NCBI GenBank assembly: GCA_025558095.1
Contig: JAIVFI010000004.1
Coordinates: 806,001-870,000, forward strand
Length of the DNA: 64,000 nucleotides
Origin: Hyaloraphidium curvatum SAG 235-1
Lineage: Eukaryota; Fungi; Monoblepharomycota
Direction of reading: 5' to 3'
The position numbers were made by a program, and so were the translations under genes. Every line of letters starts with the position of its first letter. Positions within the stretch are counted from its first letter, which is position 1. Shown one piece after another: positions 48,044 through 58,193 of the stretch. The notes beneath the pieces are model-generated. The model did no database searches and was not told the origin of the DNA. It worked only from the letters and a program-made list of their open reading frames with translations.

Positions 48044-49302
48044 ATGGCGGGCAGCTCCGTTGACCCCGTAGCTTTCATCAACGCCCTATCGCACGGAAAG
48101 CTCGACAGGTTGCCACCCGAGCAGCAACGGTTTCTCGTTGGCGTCTTCCAACGGAGCCTGGAAGGCGAGAAAGCCACTTCCCCGGGCGTACTTCCCCGAG
48201 CGGAGCAAGCAGCGGCTCCGAGGAAAAGGACCGCTTCGACGATTGCCGGGAAGAAGAGGAGGTCGAGCAGTGCAAAGGAGCAGGAGTCGGTTGGTCTCGC
48301 GCTGAGTTCCACGGGGGACGGCAAGCGTGACTCGTCGATGCGAAGCAGGAATCCTCAGACAACGACGTGGACGAGACGCCCCGAACGAGAAGGCGGCTGT
48401 CAAAGACGGCCACGTCCTTTTCGAATCAGGAGGAGAGTGACGTCGAGGTGCGGTTGAGCGGACCTGGCGTAACGAAGTGGTGGATCCGTCTGACGGTCTC
48501 CGTCGAAGGAATCGGGATTCCAGGAAGGCTCCTATTTCAACGACAACGACCATTCGGCGCTGATGGTGCTGAAGCGGGCGCTGAAGGAGCGAACGTGGTC
48601 GGATCCGCGGATTCTCCAGTCGAAGCTCCAGACCCTGGACTACTACAAGAGTTGGACTACTCAAGAGCCGGGCCAGCGCCACGGCTTTCCAGAAGCTTGC
48701 CAGGGAGTGGAATGCTGCAAAGTGTGTGTCTTCTCTCTTCCTTGCTCACGCTGCTGACAACCGGCATCAGCGGCGACCCACGAGACCGTTTCTACATCCG
48801 CCCCTCGAAAGAAGCCGCCTTCGTGGCCCACATCCTCCAAGTCCGCCCCGATCTGTTCGCCGACGCTCTCTCCGACGCCCAGGAGCTTGCAGGCGGCCCC
48901 CAGGCGGTCCTGCGCGTCGCGCTGCAGCAGCACTTTGGCGCCTCCGACTCCACCTCGCTAGCAACGTCGATGGGTCTCGTGCGCGACCGCTTCAAGACTC
49001 CCCTGACGGCGTATGCGAAGGAGTTCAACGCCAGGAAGCACCCCGGATCGCCGGGCACGAGCATCCTCCGCGAGGCCGATCGGGACGAATTCGTGCGGCT
49101 CGTCCGGGAGCAGGATGCGTGGAAGAGCCTTTGGAAGCGCGACGGACGCGGCGACGAGAATGCCGGAGATTCGGACGACGAGGCACCTCGAGATGGTGCC
49201 GGTGCCGCTGGGGGCGAGATCGAGGAGGAGCGGCCCAAGACGGAGGACGATGCGGGCGACGATGCGGACCGCGCGTCCGAGCGATCGGTGGTTTCGACGT
49301 AA
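48044..49302 (+). pseudogene. Unknown four-copy family, copy D, frameshifted by a 16-bp duplication
   Basis: Header MAGSSVDPVAFINALSHGKLDRLPPEQQRFLVGVF; core ALMVLKRALKERTWSDPRILQSKL; duplication at 48652-48667 shifts frame before AREWNAAK | FYIRPSKEAAFVAHI. Confidence 0.7.
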
Positions 49303-49806
49303 TGCCGTTGGGTGTTATCACGACCTTCTTCGTTGCGGAGCTTGATGTCCATCCGCGCAGATCCGTGAACGCATGGCGGGTACCAAGTCATTGCCGAGAA
49401 AGTCCTTCGTGGACTGCTGTGAGTCTTCTTGATGCCATGTACAGCCGCCTTGATTAACGATTGTGACATTTCGACTTCGGTTCCATGGATCTGCGCTGGC
49501 GAGTAACGGTCCGCAGCCTCAGTACCGGCTCCACCAGAACTCGGATTGTCGGGGTGTCGTGGCCTGGCCTATATACACGAGGCGGGAATCACTGTCCCAA
49601 GGATTCCCGCCGGCCGCGATCATCCCTGCCTCCAGCCCAAGGGACCACTGATGCCGCCACCACCATTGTCCCTGCAGTCACCGCCCCGCCACTCCCCCTA
49701 TCCCGGCTGTACCCGCGCACCCATAGTCCCCGTGATCCCGACACAGAAGACTGATCCACATCAGAGCCAAAACAACGGGCCCTCACCCAAATGAACCATG
49801 ATGTTC

Positions 49807-50253
49807 TCACTGCCCTGGTGGCATGAGAGCCGCGAACGACGGCCCGACCTCCTTCCCGCTCCGCCGCTCCGTCAGCGCCAGCGTGTCCAGCGCCTCGAAC
49901 ACCTCCGTGATCCCTCCCTCCCCCGCCCTGGCAAACAGCGTGTACTCGTTCTCGTAAGCGCCGCCGGTGTCCCTGAACCGCGCGCGGTAGATGAATCGCA
50001 CGGCGCTGGACCTCTCGTCCCCACACTCGTCCAGGATCTCCACCGTGCAGTCGGGAAAGTGGTGCACGCCCCACACGGACTTGTTGAACTCCCACACGGC
50101 ATCGATGCCCTTCATCGGCCGCGGAAACGGGAGCGAGGCCGAAAGGGACCACTGAACGTCGGGCGCGTACAGCGCGCGCATCTCGTCGGGGCGACCGAAG
50201 AGCGCGACGAGGCGGCCGGCGGGCGTGTGTGGGGCCGCGGGACGGGAGGGCAT
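49807..50253 (-). CDS. SnoaL/NTF2-like protein, intronless
   Basis: LYAPDVQW, YENEYTLFA..GGITEVFEALDT. Confidence 0.82.
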   Translation of the reverse strand: MPSRPAAPHTPAGRLVALFGRPDEMRALYAPDVQWSLSASLPFPRPMKGIDAVWEFNKSVWGVHHFPDCTVEILDECGDERSSAVRFIYRARFRDTGGAYENEYTLFARAGEGGITEVFEALDTLALTERRSGKEVGPSFAALMPPGQ

Positions 50254-51026
50254 CGCGTCGGAGATGCGCTGGAGACGCGTTTCTCTAGGATACGAGCGGG
50301 CTTTCGTTCTGTCGGCGACCTGCTTCGAGGGTTTCGTTCTGGGAGTGGTGGCGACGGTGGCGCAGGGTCCGATCCGCTGCCAAGGTCATCAAGTGGAACG
50401 AAGTCTGGCTATCATTTCCTGCCTTGTCCTCAATCCCTACATGGATGCGCACTCTGGCTTGCTCCGTACGGGCTGGATCAAGTCGGCGACATCGGACGCG
50501 AGGATCAGCATCCTCCTCGAGCTTCGCGCTATTGTCAACTTACACTCTCTTAGCACCTACGCTGTGTGTGTTGATTTCCCATTTCTCAACAACAACGACA
50601 TCGGAGATCAATGAACGAGCTTGGGAAGCCGGACGTCACGCTGCTATGTCGGCACATGGGAGACAGCGGTGCGCAGCGAGCCCTATGGTCTGATGGCGCG
50701 GGGGCACAAATTATGTGGCCTTTCCCTTGCAACGTGGCACTGATTTCGATCATTGAGGGAGCTCAAGCCTCTAGCTCGCCTGGCCCGCTCCAGTCACAGG
50801 AATGCCAATATCAGCCCCCCCCTGGCCCTGATTTCAGATACATCGGAAGCAAAGATCGAGATGCTGGGTGTCTGATACCAATCATCTCGTGCGTTGGGGC
50901 CGTCGACACCGCACGAGCAGCTGGCTGGCAGGTGGCGGTGGACCCACCACGGACCCGTCGCTTCAAACGACCCACCGCCGCCGACGGCGCCATTCATCGC
51001 TCGGCCGCATGAACTGACAAGCGCAC

Positions 51027-52453
51027 ATGGAGCTGCAAGCCACGGGGCCTGCGGGCCGCGCCGCGACGCCCGGGCCCAGCAGCGAGACGCTCTCGGTGCC
51101 GCGGACGGCCACCATCTCCTCCTCGCGTACGCCGCTCGTGCCCGTCTCCAACGTCCACGACGCCTCGGATATTCCACCGCTGCCGCCAACGGCCCGGGAC
51201 CGCGCCATGGCGCCCTTCCGCCGCTCCACAACCCCCGACTCGGACGTGCCGCCGCCGCCGGTCGAGCCGGTGCGCACGCGAATGGTGGACGTCAAGAACC
51301 CGGGTCGGCCGCAGATCAGGACCGTGGGCATGCACGCGGCGCACCACGGCAGGGCGCACTTGGACCTGTTCTACCGGCTGCACGCGTGGTCGTTCCCCGC
51401 GTTCATGCTGTTCGTCGGGGTCACCTTCTTCCTCGCGAATCTCCTCTTTGCAGGGCTCTACATGGCCGAGCCCAACTCGGTCGCCAACGCACGCCCGGGG
51501 AGCTTCCTGGACCACCTCTCGTTCAGCGTCCAGACGTTCGCGACCGTTGGCTACGGGGTCATGTATCCGCAAACCACCTACGCCGTCATCATCATGTGCT
51601 TCGAGGTTCTCGCCGGCTACCTCCTCGTTGCCACCCTCACCGGAATGCTCTTTGCTCGCCTATCCAAGCCCACCGCCCAGATTGTCTTCAGCGAGGTAAG
51701 CACCTCACCTGCTTTACCCTCCCCATCAAGGCTCACGCCCTACGCCCGCCCGTCCAGCAATGCGCGGTCCACATGATCGGCGACACTCCCTACCTCCTCT
51801 TCCGCTGCGCCAACGAGCGCCGCAACCAGGTCCTGGAAGCCTCCATGAAGATCTCCCTCATCCGCGACGAGGTCGGCCCCGGGGGCACCTTCCAGCGGCG
51901 CTTCTACGACCTCCCCCTGGAGCGCGTCTCCACCCCCGTGTTTGTCCTCTCGTGGACCGTGAGGCACAGGATCGACGAGCGCTCGCCCCTGTACCTCGCC
52001 ACCCCGGACTCGCTCGCGGCCGCCAACTGCGAGATCGTCGCCGTGCTCTCGGGCCTGGACTCGACCGTCGGCCAGACCATCCACGCGCGGTACTCGTACC
52101 TCGGCGCCGACGTGGTCTTTGACGTGCGCCACGCGGACATCTTCCGGCGCGACGGGCAGGGGAAGGCAGTGCTGGACTTTCGGTTGTTCCACTACCTGGT
52201 GCCGTTCCCCGAGGCGGGGAGCGTGCTGGACAAGTGGGAGGAGATCGAGGAGCGGGCGAGGGAGAAGGTGCCGGAGCGCGGGGACGGGGGTTTCGGGGCG
52301 GTGCCGGTGCTGCCGCCACTGCTGAGCACGGACGAGATACTTGAGAAGGAGAAGGAGGGAGCGATCTCGCGGAGGATCAGCCTGACGACGGAGGAAGAGT
52401 TGGACGCGGATGAAGAGGACGCGGAGGCGTTGGAGGCGGTGCACCCGGTTTGA
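51027..52453 (+). CDS. Inward-rectifier K+ channel, KirBac-like
   Basis: Two TM helices flanking FSVQTFATVGYG; FARLSKP, RCANERRNQ, LSWTVRHRIDERSPL, GQTIHARYSY; intron about 51695-51758. Confidence 0.93.
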
Positions 52454-52496
52454 TGGGGAACTGTTCTGCCCGTCTGCTTGGTTGAAGCGTCCTTGG

Positions 52497-53243
52497 TCAC
52501 ATCTTTGGGGGCAGTTGGGGTGCCACCCAGCCTGTCCTCTTATGTCCTCTCTCCCGCTTCTCCAACGCCCTCGCCGGCATCCCCACCCACGTCCTCCCGG
52601 GCTCGAGCACGTCCTTGTTGAGCACCGTCCCCATCCCCGTCACCGTCCCCTCGGCGACGGCGATCTTGTCCCGCACCAGCGTTCCCAGGCCGAGCACGCA
52701 GTCCGCGCCAATCCGCGCGGCCCCACCGAGGTGCACCCGCCCGTTGAGCTGTGCGAATTCCTCGACGATGCAGTCGTGCGCGGCGGTCGAGTTGCCGCCC
52801 AGCCTCGCGAACTCCCCGATTCGGCACGCGTTGCCGACGCGGCAGAAGTAGCCGACGAAGCAGCCGCGGCCCAATACCGCGGTGCGAGCGACGGCCGCGT
52901 TGGGCGCGACGATGGGCGGGAAACGGAGGCGCGTCGCGGTCGGCAGGTCCGCTTCCAGGGCCTCGAGTCCGCCGACCATCTTTCGCAGCACCGCCGGGTC
53001 GCCGTGGCAAAGCAACGCGTCCACAAAAGCAGGATTCAATTGAGACAGCCAGTTGAGGACCTCCTCCGCCGTCCGCAGGTGATTAAATCCCGAGGCCACC
53101 AGCGCCGGGTGGATCTCGCCGCCGTCGTCCCAACACGCGGCCCGGCCCTCGGAAATCTCGGCGGCGTAGTCATCCGCGACAATATCATACACCGCGCCGG
53201 CCTGGCCGCCGCCGCCGCGGAGGAGCAGCGCGCGGGACCCCAT
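52497..53243 (-). CDS. Hexapeptide-repeat sugar acetyltransferase (NeuD/PglD-like), intronless
   Basis: GGGGQA N-terminus, AHDC catalytic His, LIV-G hexapeptide repeats, WVGMPAR. Confidence 0.88.
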   Translation of the reverse strand: MGSRALLLRGGGGQAGAVYDIVADDYAAEISEGRAACWDDGGEIHPALVASGFNHLRTAEEVLNWLSQLNPAFVDALLCHGDPAVLRKMVGGLEALEADLPTATRLRFPPIVAPNAAVARTAVLGRGCFVGYFCRVGNACRIGEFARLGGNSTAAHDCIVEEFAQLNGRVHLGGAARIGADCVLGLGTLVRDKIAVAEGTVTGMGTVLNKDVLEPGRTWVGMPARALEKRERGHKRTGWVAPQLPPKM

Positions 53244-53700
53244 TCAAGTCGTGTTCCGGGCGCGTGACCCGGGTCCCTCCCCGCGAACCTCCGGGTGAAC
53301 GGTCGAAAAGTGGGGATTTTGGTCCACATGAGATAGTTTGGCGAAAGATCTATCCACTTGAGACTCTATTTGGGCCCCGTGGAAAGCGCTTCGCCCATAT
53401 GGCCTGACGGCAATCTATCTTGGCTTGGCCGGGCTTGTCCTCATCCCCCGAGCTGTGGGTGGGCGGATCAGCTGCGGTCGAACCCCTGCATGCCAAGCTC
53501 GGACCGCTGATCTTCATTTCAACGCGCTTGTCGTTCCGGTGGTCGCCGTTGGGGCCGCCCTGCGTGCAGACCCGCGCTGTGTTGCGGGGTCCGTGGCACA
53601 GTTCGCCGCACCGCCACATGGACTTCCACCCGCCCCTGCGCCGAAGGTCCGCCCCGCAGAGCCCCAGTTCTATCGCGAGGCAGTGGCGGCCATGAATTGC

Positions 53701-53706
53701 TATAAA
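53701..53706 (+). promoter_or_regulatory. Candidate TATA box
   Basis: TATAAA in very GC-rich DNA, 99 bp upstream of ATG 53800. Confidence 0.5.
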
Positions 53707-53799
53707 GACCCGGGGCCGGGAGGGCCGAAACATCATCAACTCGACCGACTTCAATCGAACTCTTCGCAAATCCCGCGAATCTCCTCCACACTACGAACC

Positions 53800-54288
53800 A
53801 TGAAGGTCTCGACCGTCCTCGCCACCGTCGCCGCCTGTGCCGCAGCCGCCACCGGCGCCGCCGCCGCCCCGCTGGCCTCCTCCTCGAACTCGGGCTACTA
53901 CCCGCCCACCACGCCCCCCGCCAACGTGAAATGGGTGTGGGGAGGCTGCCTTCCCAGCTCCGCGAACCCGAACATGCAGTGCACCTACTCCACCAAGTAC
54001 TATTCCGGCGACCTGGCCGGGGACCTCACCCCGGAGGGCGAGCAGTGCGGCGACCCCACCGCCGCGTTCTGGTGCGGCTCATTCGTGGACCCCACCAAGA
54101 GCTTCTACCCCGGAGAGAGCACGGACTACATCCTCCCCGCGTACGCGAGGTGGCACTACGTGGGGTGCTCGACCCCGCTCGTGCCGCTGAAGTGCCCGAG
54201 CAACGTGCAGGTCTACCAGACCTACCACGGCCAGACCCCGGACAACACCCAGTGCGCCCAGGGGACGGGTCTCTGGTGCGGGTACTAG
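53800..54288 (+). CDS. Small secreted Cys-rich protein with two internal repeats
   Basis: Signal peptide MKVSTVLATVAACAAAA; two units of GC...C....Y.G..TP...QC....WCG; strong C-ending codon bias. Confidence 0.82.
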   Translation: MKVSTVLATVAACAAAATGAAAAPLASSSNSGYYPPTTPPANVKWVWGGCLPSSANPNMQCTYSTKYYSGDLAGDLTPEGEQCGDPTAAFWCGSFVDPTKSFYPGESTDYILPAYARWHYVGCSTPLVPLKCPSNVQVYQTYHGQTPDNTQCAQGTGLWCGY

Positions 54289-54357
54289 GTCAACGCGGCC
54301 AGCATGCTGCGATGTATTCCCCAATAATCTATACCACTGCTGCCAATCTCCTCGCAC

Positions 54358-55727
54358 CTAAAGCCCCGAGAAGCAGAAGCTCTCCAGGGTCGCCGACACC
54401 CCGAACGCGCGCAGCACCGTCCACAGCGCCACCGCGATCGTGGTCCCCGTCGCCAGCAGCGTCCTCACGCTCCCGAACGAGACCACGAAGCCGAACAGCT
54501 TAGCGCGGTGGTGCTGCACCTCCCCGAACGATGCGAGAGCGGCGCAGTGCATCGCCGCGTCGTCGGCCAGCGGGCCCGGGCCGCGGGCGAGGACGAGGGT
54601 ACGGAGGTCCCGCTGCGCTGCGCCGTGCACGGCCGTCACCGAGTCGATAAGGGCGTTGCGCGAGGCGAGGTTGACGGCGTTGACGGTCAAGTAGATCGCC
54701 AAGTAAACGAGGTAAGCGAGAACCCAGGCGGGGATGCAGCGTCCGACGGCCTGGCACGAGGGGTGCGGAGTCAGCGCTGCAGGGCGGCCTGGAGCAGGCA
54801 GAAAACAAGACGCACCGCGAACAGCGCTGCGAAAACAAGGGTGCAAGGCAGAAGCACGATCCCGGCGAGCCGCGGGACGAGTGCGGATTCCTGCCGGCGC
54901 CTTGCGCGACACATTGCAGCAAACCGATAGTAGAGCCTCACGTAAAGCCAGGAGGGCGATCGCGGCGGTTCGCTGCCGTCGGCAGCGGCGGAGCGGAAGC
55001 GTCCGAGGAGGTCTTTCATGGCCAGTGATGCCGCCCGGCACTGCAGCCGGCGCTCCAGCGTGGTGAATGCCACATTGTCGATACTTAGGGGGTTGGAAAA
55101 CCACACAACGACGACGATCGCGGGTAGACTGAGGAAGTAGAGCCCTCCCAGGAGACCACCGTAGGCCGTCCGCCACAGCTCTGCCCCGTATGTTACTAGA
55201 GGCGTGAAGACCATGGCAAACATAAACAGGCATCCCCAGGTGAGAGAGAAAGTGTGGAGAAGTGAAAGAGCACCCCCAGCACCTAGAAGCCAACCACTAC
55301 AAGACGGGCACGGGCAATCCTCGTCGCCGGGCACGTGTGCCAGCAGAGCTCCGGGCGGATTTCCATATTTGCCCACCGCATCAGGTGCGCCCTCACGCGC
55401 GAGACGGAGCCAGCGGCAGACGGCACCGAGCGGCGAGAATTCCAGTAGCCTGAGTTTGTTCGACCCCAGGCCGTTGTGCGACACTCCAAGGACCACCGCA
55501 TTCGCGCCGAGGATGACTGCAACACCCGAGATGCCGATTGCGCCGTCCTTTGCTGCGATCTCGGCGCCGGCCAGGGGCAGTGTGAGACCCAGCAATGCCG
55601 GTCCCCACTCCTGCGCTGGCCCCGGTAGGATGCAAGGTGATGCAACGGCGGATTTCACGACGCGGAAGAAGACTCGCCGGACTGATTGGAAGAATCTAAT
55701 GTGACTTCGAACCAAGCACCACGGCAC
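54358..55727 (-). CDS. Multi-pass membrane protein, paralog of 18883-20415 (5' end uncertain, possibly truncated)
   Basis: GDEDCPCPSC, DNVAFTTLERRL, GRCIPAW, AKLFGFVVSFG..ALWTVLR; intron about 54751-54814. Confidence 0.65.
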
Positions 55728-55728
55728 G

Positions 55729-56679
55729 CTACTTCAACAGCTTCGGATGAGCCTTGCGCAGCTGCACGTTCACGATCCAATCGAACCACGCCCTCGGCAC
55801 AACGGCCTTTATCCAGTGCACTGCGTTCGAGTCCGTCCCCGCTGGCAGCTCCTGCGGCGGCGACCCCGCCGCCAGCACCTCCCTGATCCTGTCCGTGACC
55901 ACCCTCGGCGGCGCGGCCACCTTGACCTGGTCGTCCACCATTCCGCGGACGACGTCCGGGAACCGCGCGCCGAAGTAGGCGTCCATCCGCGAGGCGTCCA
56001 GCCCGGCGAGGATCTTCGCGTCCTCCCGCTCGTTCTTGCCCCAGATGGGCGTGGCGATGCTCCCCGGCCGGATGTTGGTCACCGTGATCCTGCCCTGCCC
56101 GGACAGCACGAGCTCCCTCCTCAGCGACCCGGCGTACGCCTCCAGCGCCGCCTTGGAGGCCGCGTAGGGCGAGAGGTACGGGGGGGTGATGGCCACGCCG
56201 ATGGTGGAGATGTGCACGATGCGGGCGCCCTTGGGTGATTCACGGAGCAGGGGCAGGAAGGCGCGGTTGACCCGGACCGCGCCGTAGAAGTTGACGTCGA
56301 AGTCCGAGGCGTAGACGGAGGGGTCGAGGGCCTCGGCGGGGCCGGGGCCGGAGACGATGCCGGCGTTGGAGATGGCGGCGACCAGGTGCGGCTTGTGCGG
56401 GCCGCCGGCGGGGAGCGAGGCCAGGTGCGCCTTCACTGTTGCCGCGGCGGCGTCCACCTGCGCGGCGTCCGAGACGTCCACGATGACCGGCACGAGGTTG
56501 CCCTTGCCCTTGCCGGCGGCGGCCTGGGCGACCAGCCGCTCGCCATCGGCGGGCTTGCGCACGCCGGTAAAAACGAGAAAGCCGTCCGAGGCGAGGCCCA
56601 GCGCGGTGTCGGCGCCGATGCCGGTGGAAGCACCGGTGATGAACACCGCGCCGTCGCCGGGGCGCAGGCGTGAGGACAT
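55729..56679 (-). CDS. Short-chain dehydrogenase/reductase (retinol/17beta-HSD-like), intronless
   Basis: ITGASTGIG, SNAG, YAASK, RPGSIATPIW. Confidence 0.92.
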   Translation of the reverse strand: MSSRLRPGDGAVFITGASTGIGADTALGLASDGFLVFTGVRKPADGERLVAQAAAGKGKGNLVPVIVDVSDAAQVDAAAATVKAHLASLPAGGPHKPHLVAAISNAGIVSGPGPAEALDPSVYASDFDVNFYGAVRVNRAFLPLLRESPKGARIVHISTIGVAITPPYLSPYAASKAALEAYAGSLRRELVLSGQGRITVTNIRPGSIATPIWGKNEREDAKILAGLDASRMDAYFGARFPDVVRGMVDDQVKVAAPPRVVTDRIREVLAAGSPPQELPAGTDSNAVHWIKAVVPRAWFDWIVNVQLRKAHPKLLK

Positions 56680-57249
56680 GGCGGTTGCGGAGGGGAGCGC
56701 TTGCGAAGGTAAGTGCGTAGTTACACTGGTTGTCGGTTGCGGGTGCGATTTCGGCCGCGGAGGGGCGGGGTTATGAACGCGGCGGGACGGCGGAACCCGT
56801 TTGGCCGCCGCGCCGCGCCGCGCCGCCCAGGGTTTGCGTCATCACGCGCGATGATGCCGCTACCAAATCTGCCGCGGTCTCCTAGCGACAAATGTCGACA
56901 CAGCTTCTGCCACAAACCGTCTTGCACGCTGCAGGAGGGATGGCGGCGCGGACACCGGGGCGGTCACCGAGTCCGACGAGGGGCTCCATCGGCAATTTGG
57001 CAGCGGGGAGGATCAGGCGAGAACAGACCAACTCCGTTGCCTCTGTCGGGGCTGAAAGCGAAGCCCAGGACTCGATAAACTTATCATCCAAACGATAGGG
57101 AGCTTTTCTGATGTTGAAATATGTCGATCGATACTGCGAGGAGGGACTCGCGCGGTCACGTGAGGCCGTGAGGCATGCCGGCCCGCCAAGACTCCTTTAC
57201 GCCCGCCTCCGAGGCCTAACGTACTGGCGTTGGGTTTTATTGACCTGAT

Positions 57250-57551
57250 CCCCGGCCGAGCGCATCGGCCTAGAGATCGGCCCCAACGGATGCGGAGGAC
57301 TGGGGATCGGTTGCCGCATGTGCTACGGCTTCTCCCCGGCCGAGCGCATCGGCCTAGAGATCAGCCCCACCTATTCCAAATACATCAGGGATGATTCGAA
57401 TAGCTGGGTTCGATCGCGGGCGGGCGGGTGGGGCGTCAAAATTGGCACCCCTGCGTGATGGAGTTGCGGCGCTCCATGAGCCATCGACTCGGCGGGGTAG
57501 GGCGCTCTGCCCTCGAGGGGAGCGCTACCTGCGTGATGGAGTTGTGGCGCT
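57250..57551. repeat. Two pairs of direct repeats with hairpins in a divergent intergenic region
   Basis: ccccggccgagcgcatcggcctagagatc at 57250 and 57334; cctgcgtgatggagttgYggcgct at 57450 and 57528. Confidence 0.8.
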
Positions 57552-57704
57552 GGGGGACTGGCTCTAAGGCGGCGCGCCTACGTACTTGATTTATTGCTAG
57601 CCTCTCCCCAGCGGGCGTGAATAGCTACGGCTTCGCTTTGGCATTGTCCCTCAGCCGCCGCTCCGCCGAAGCTCCCTTCGTCGTTGTCGTCGCCCTTCCC
57701 CACG

Positions 57705-58193
57705 ATGTCCGTGTTCCGCGACCCCGCGCGCCTCGCCGCGGCGCTCTCCCTCGCGTCGATCCCGTGCGCCTTCTACGTCGCGCTCCTCCCGCACTTTTCC
57801 CGCCTCGCCGTGCTGCGGCGCCTCCCCGGCGGCTACAAAAACGCCGACCCGCGCCGGCAAGTGGCGGACATCGTCGGCGGCCGCGCGGAGGGCGTCTCGG
57901 AGGCCGACGCCGGGCTCGTCTCCCGCGCCACGGGCGCGCACGCGAACAATTTGGAGATGTTCCCGCTGTTCGCCGCGGGCGTGCTGGCCGCGCTGCACGC
58001 CGGCGCCGATGTGTTCCGCGTCAGAGATGCGGCCGGGGTGTACATCGCGGCGAGGATCGCGTACAACCGCGCGTACGTCGGGACTTCGGGCGAGGCCGCG
58101 AGCTGGTGGCGCGACGTGCCCTTCAACACCGCGGGGCTCGCGTGCGGCTACCTGTTCTACAAGGCAATCGCGGCGGTGCTCGCGGACAAGTGA
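57705..58193 (+). CDS. MAPEG-family membrane protein, intronless
   Basis: RATGAHANNLEMFPLFAAGVL and YIAARIAY. Confidence 0.88.
   Translation: MSVFRDPARLAAALSLASIPCAFYVALLPHFSRLAVLRRLPGGYKNADPRRQVADIVGGRAEGVSEADAGLVSRATGAHANNLEMFPLFAAGVLAALHAGADVFRVRDAAGVYIAARIAYNRAYVGTSGEAASWWRDVPFNTAGLACGYLFYKAIAAVLADK

Noticed and set aside
31925-49302. Four-copy family as intact transposons
   Set aside because: No DDE, tyrosine-recombinase or RT motifs, TIRs or TSDs seen; kept as an unknown family instead
49807-53243. Bacterial contamination or operon
   Set aside because: Genes are on alternating strands, the Kir gene has a spliceosomal intron, and composition matches the flanks
57250-57551. Repeat-spacer-repeat pattern resembling a mini CRISPR
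   Set aside because: Only two copies of each of two unrelated repeats, eukaryotic context, no cas genes
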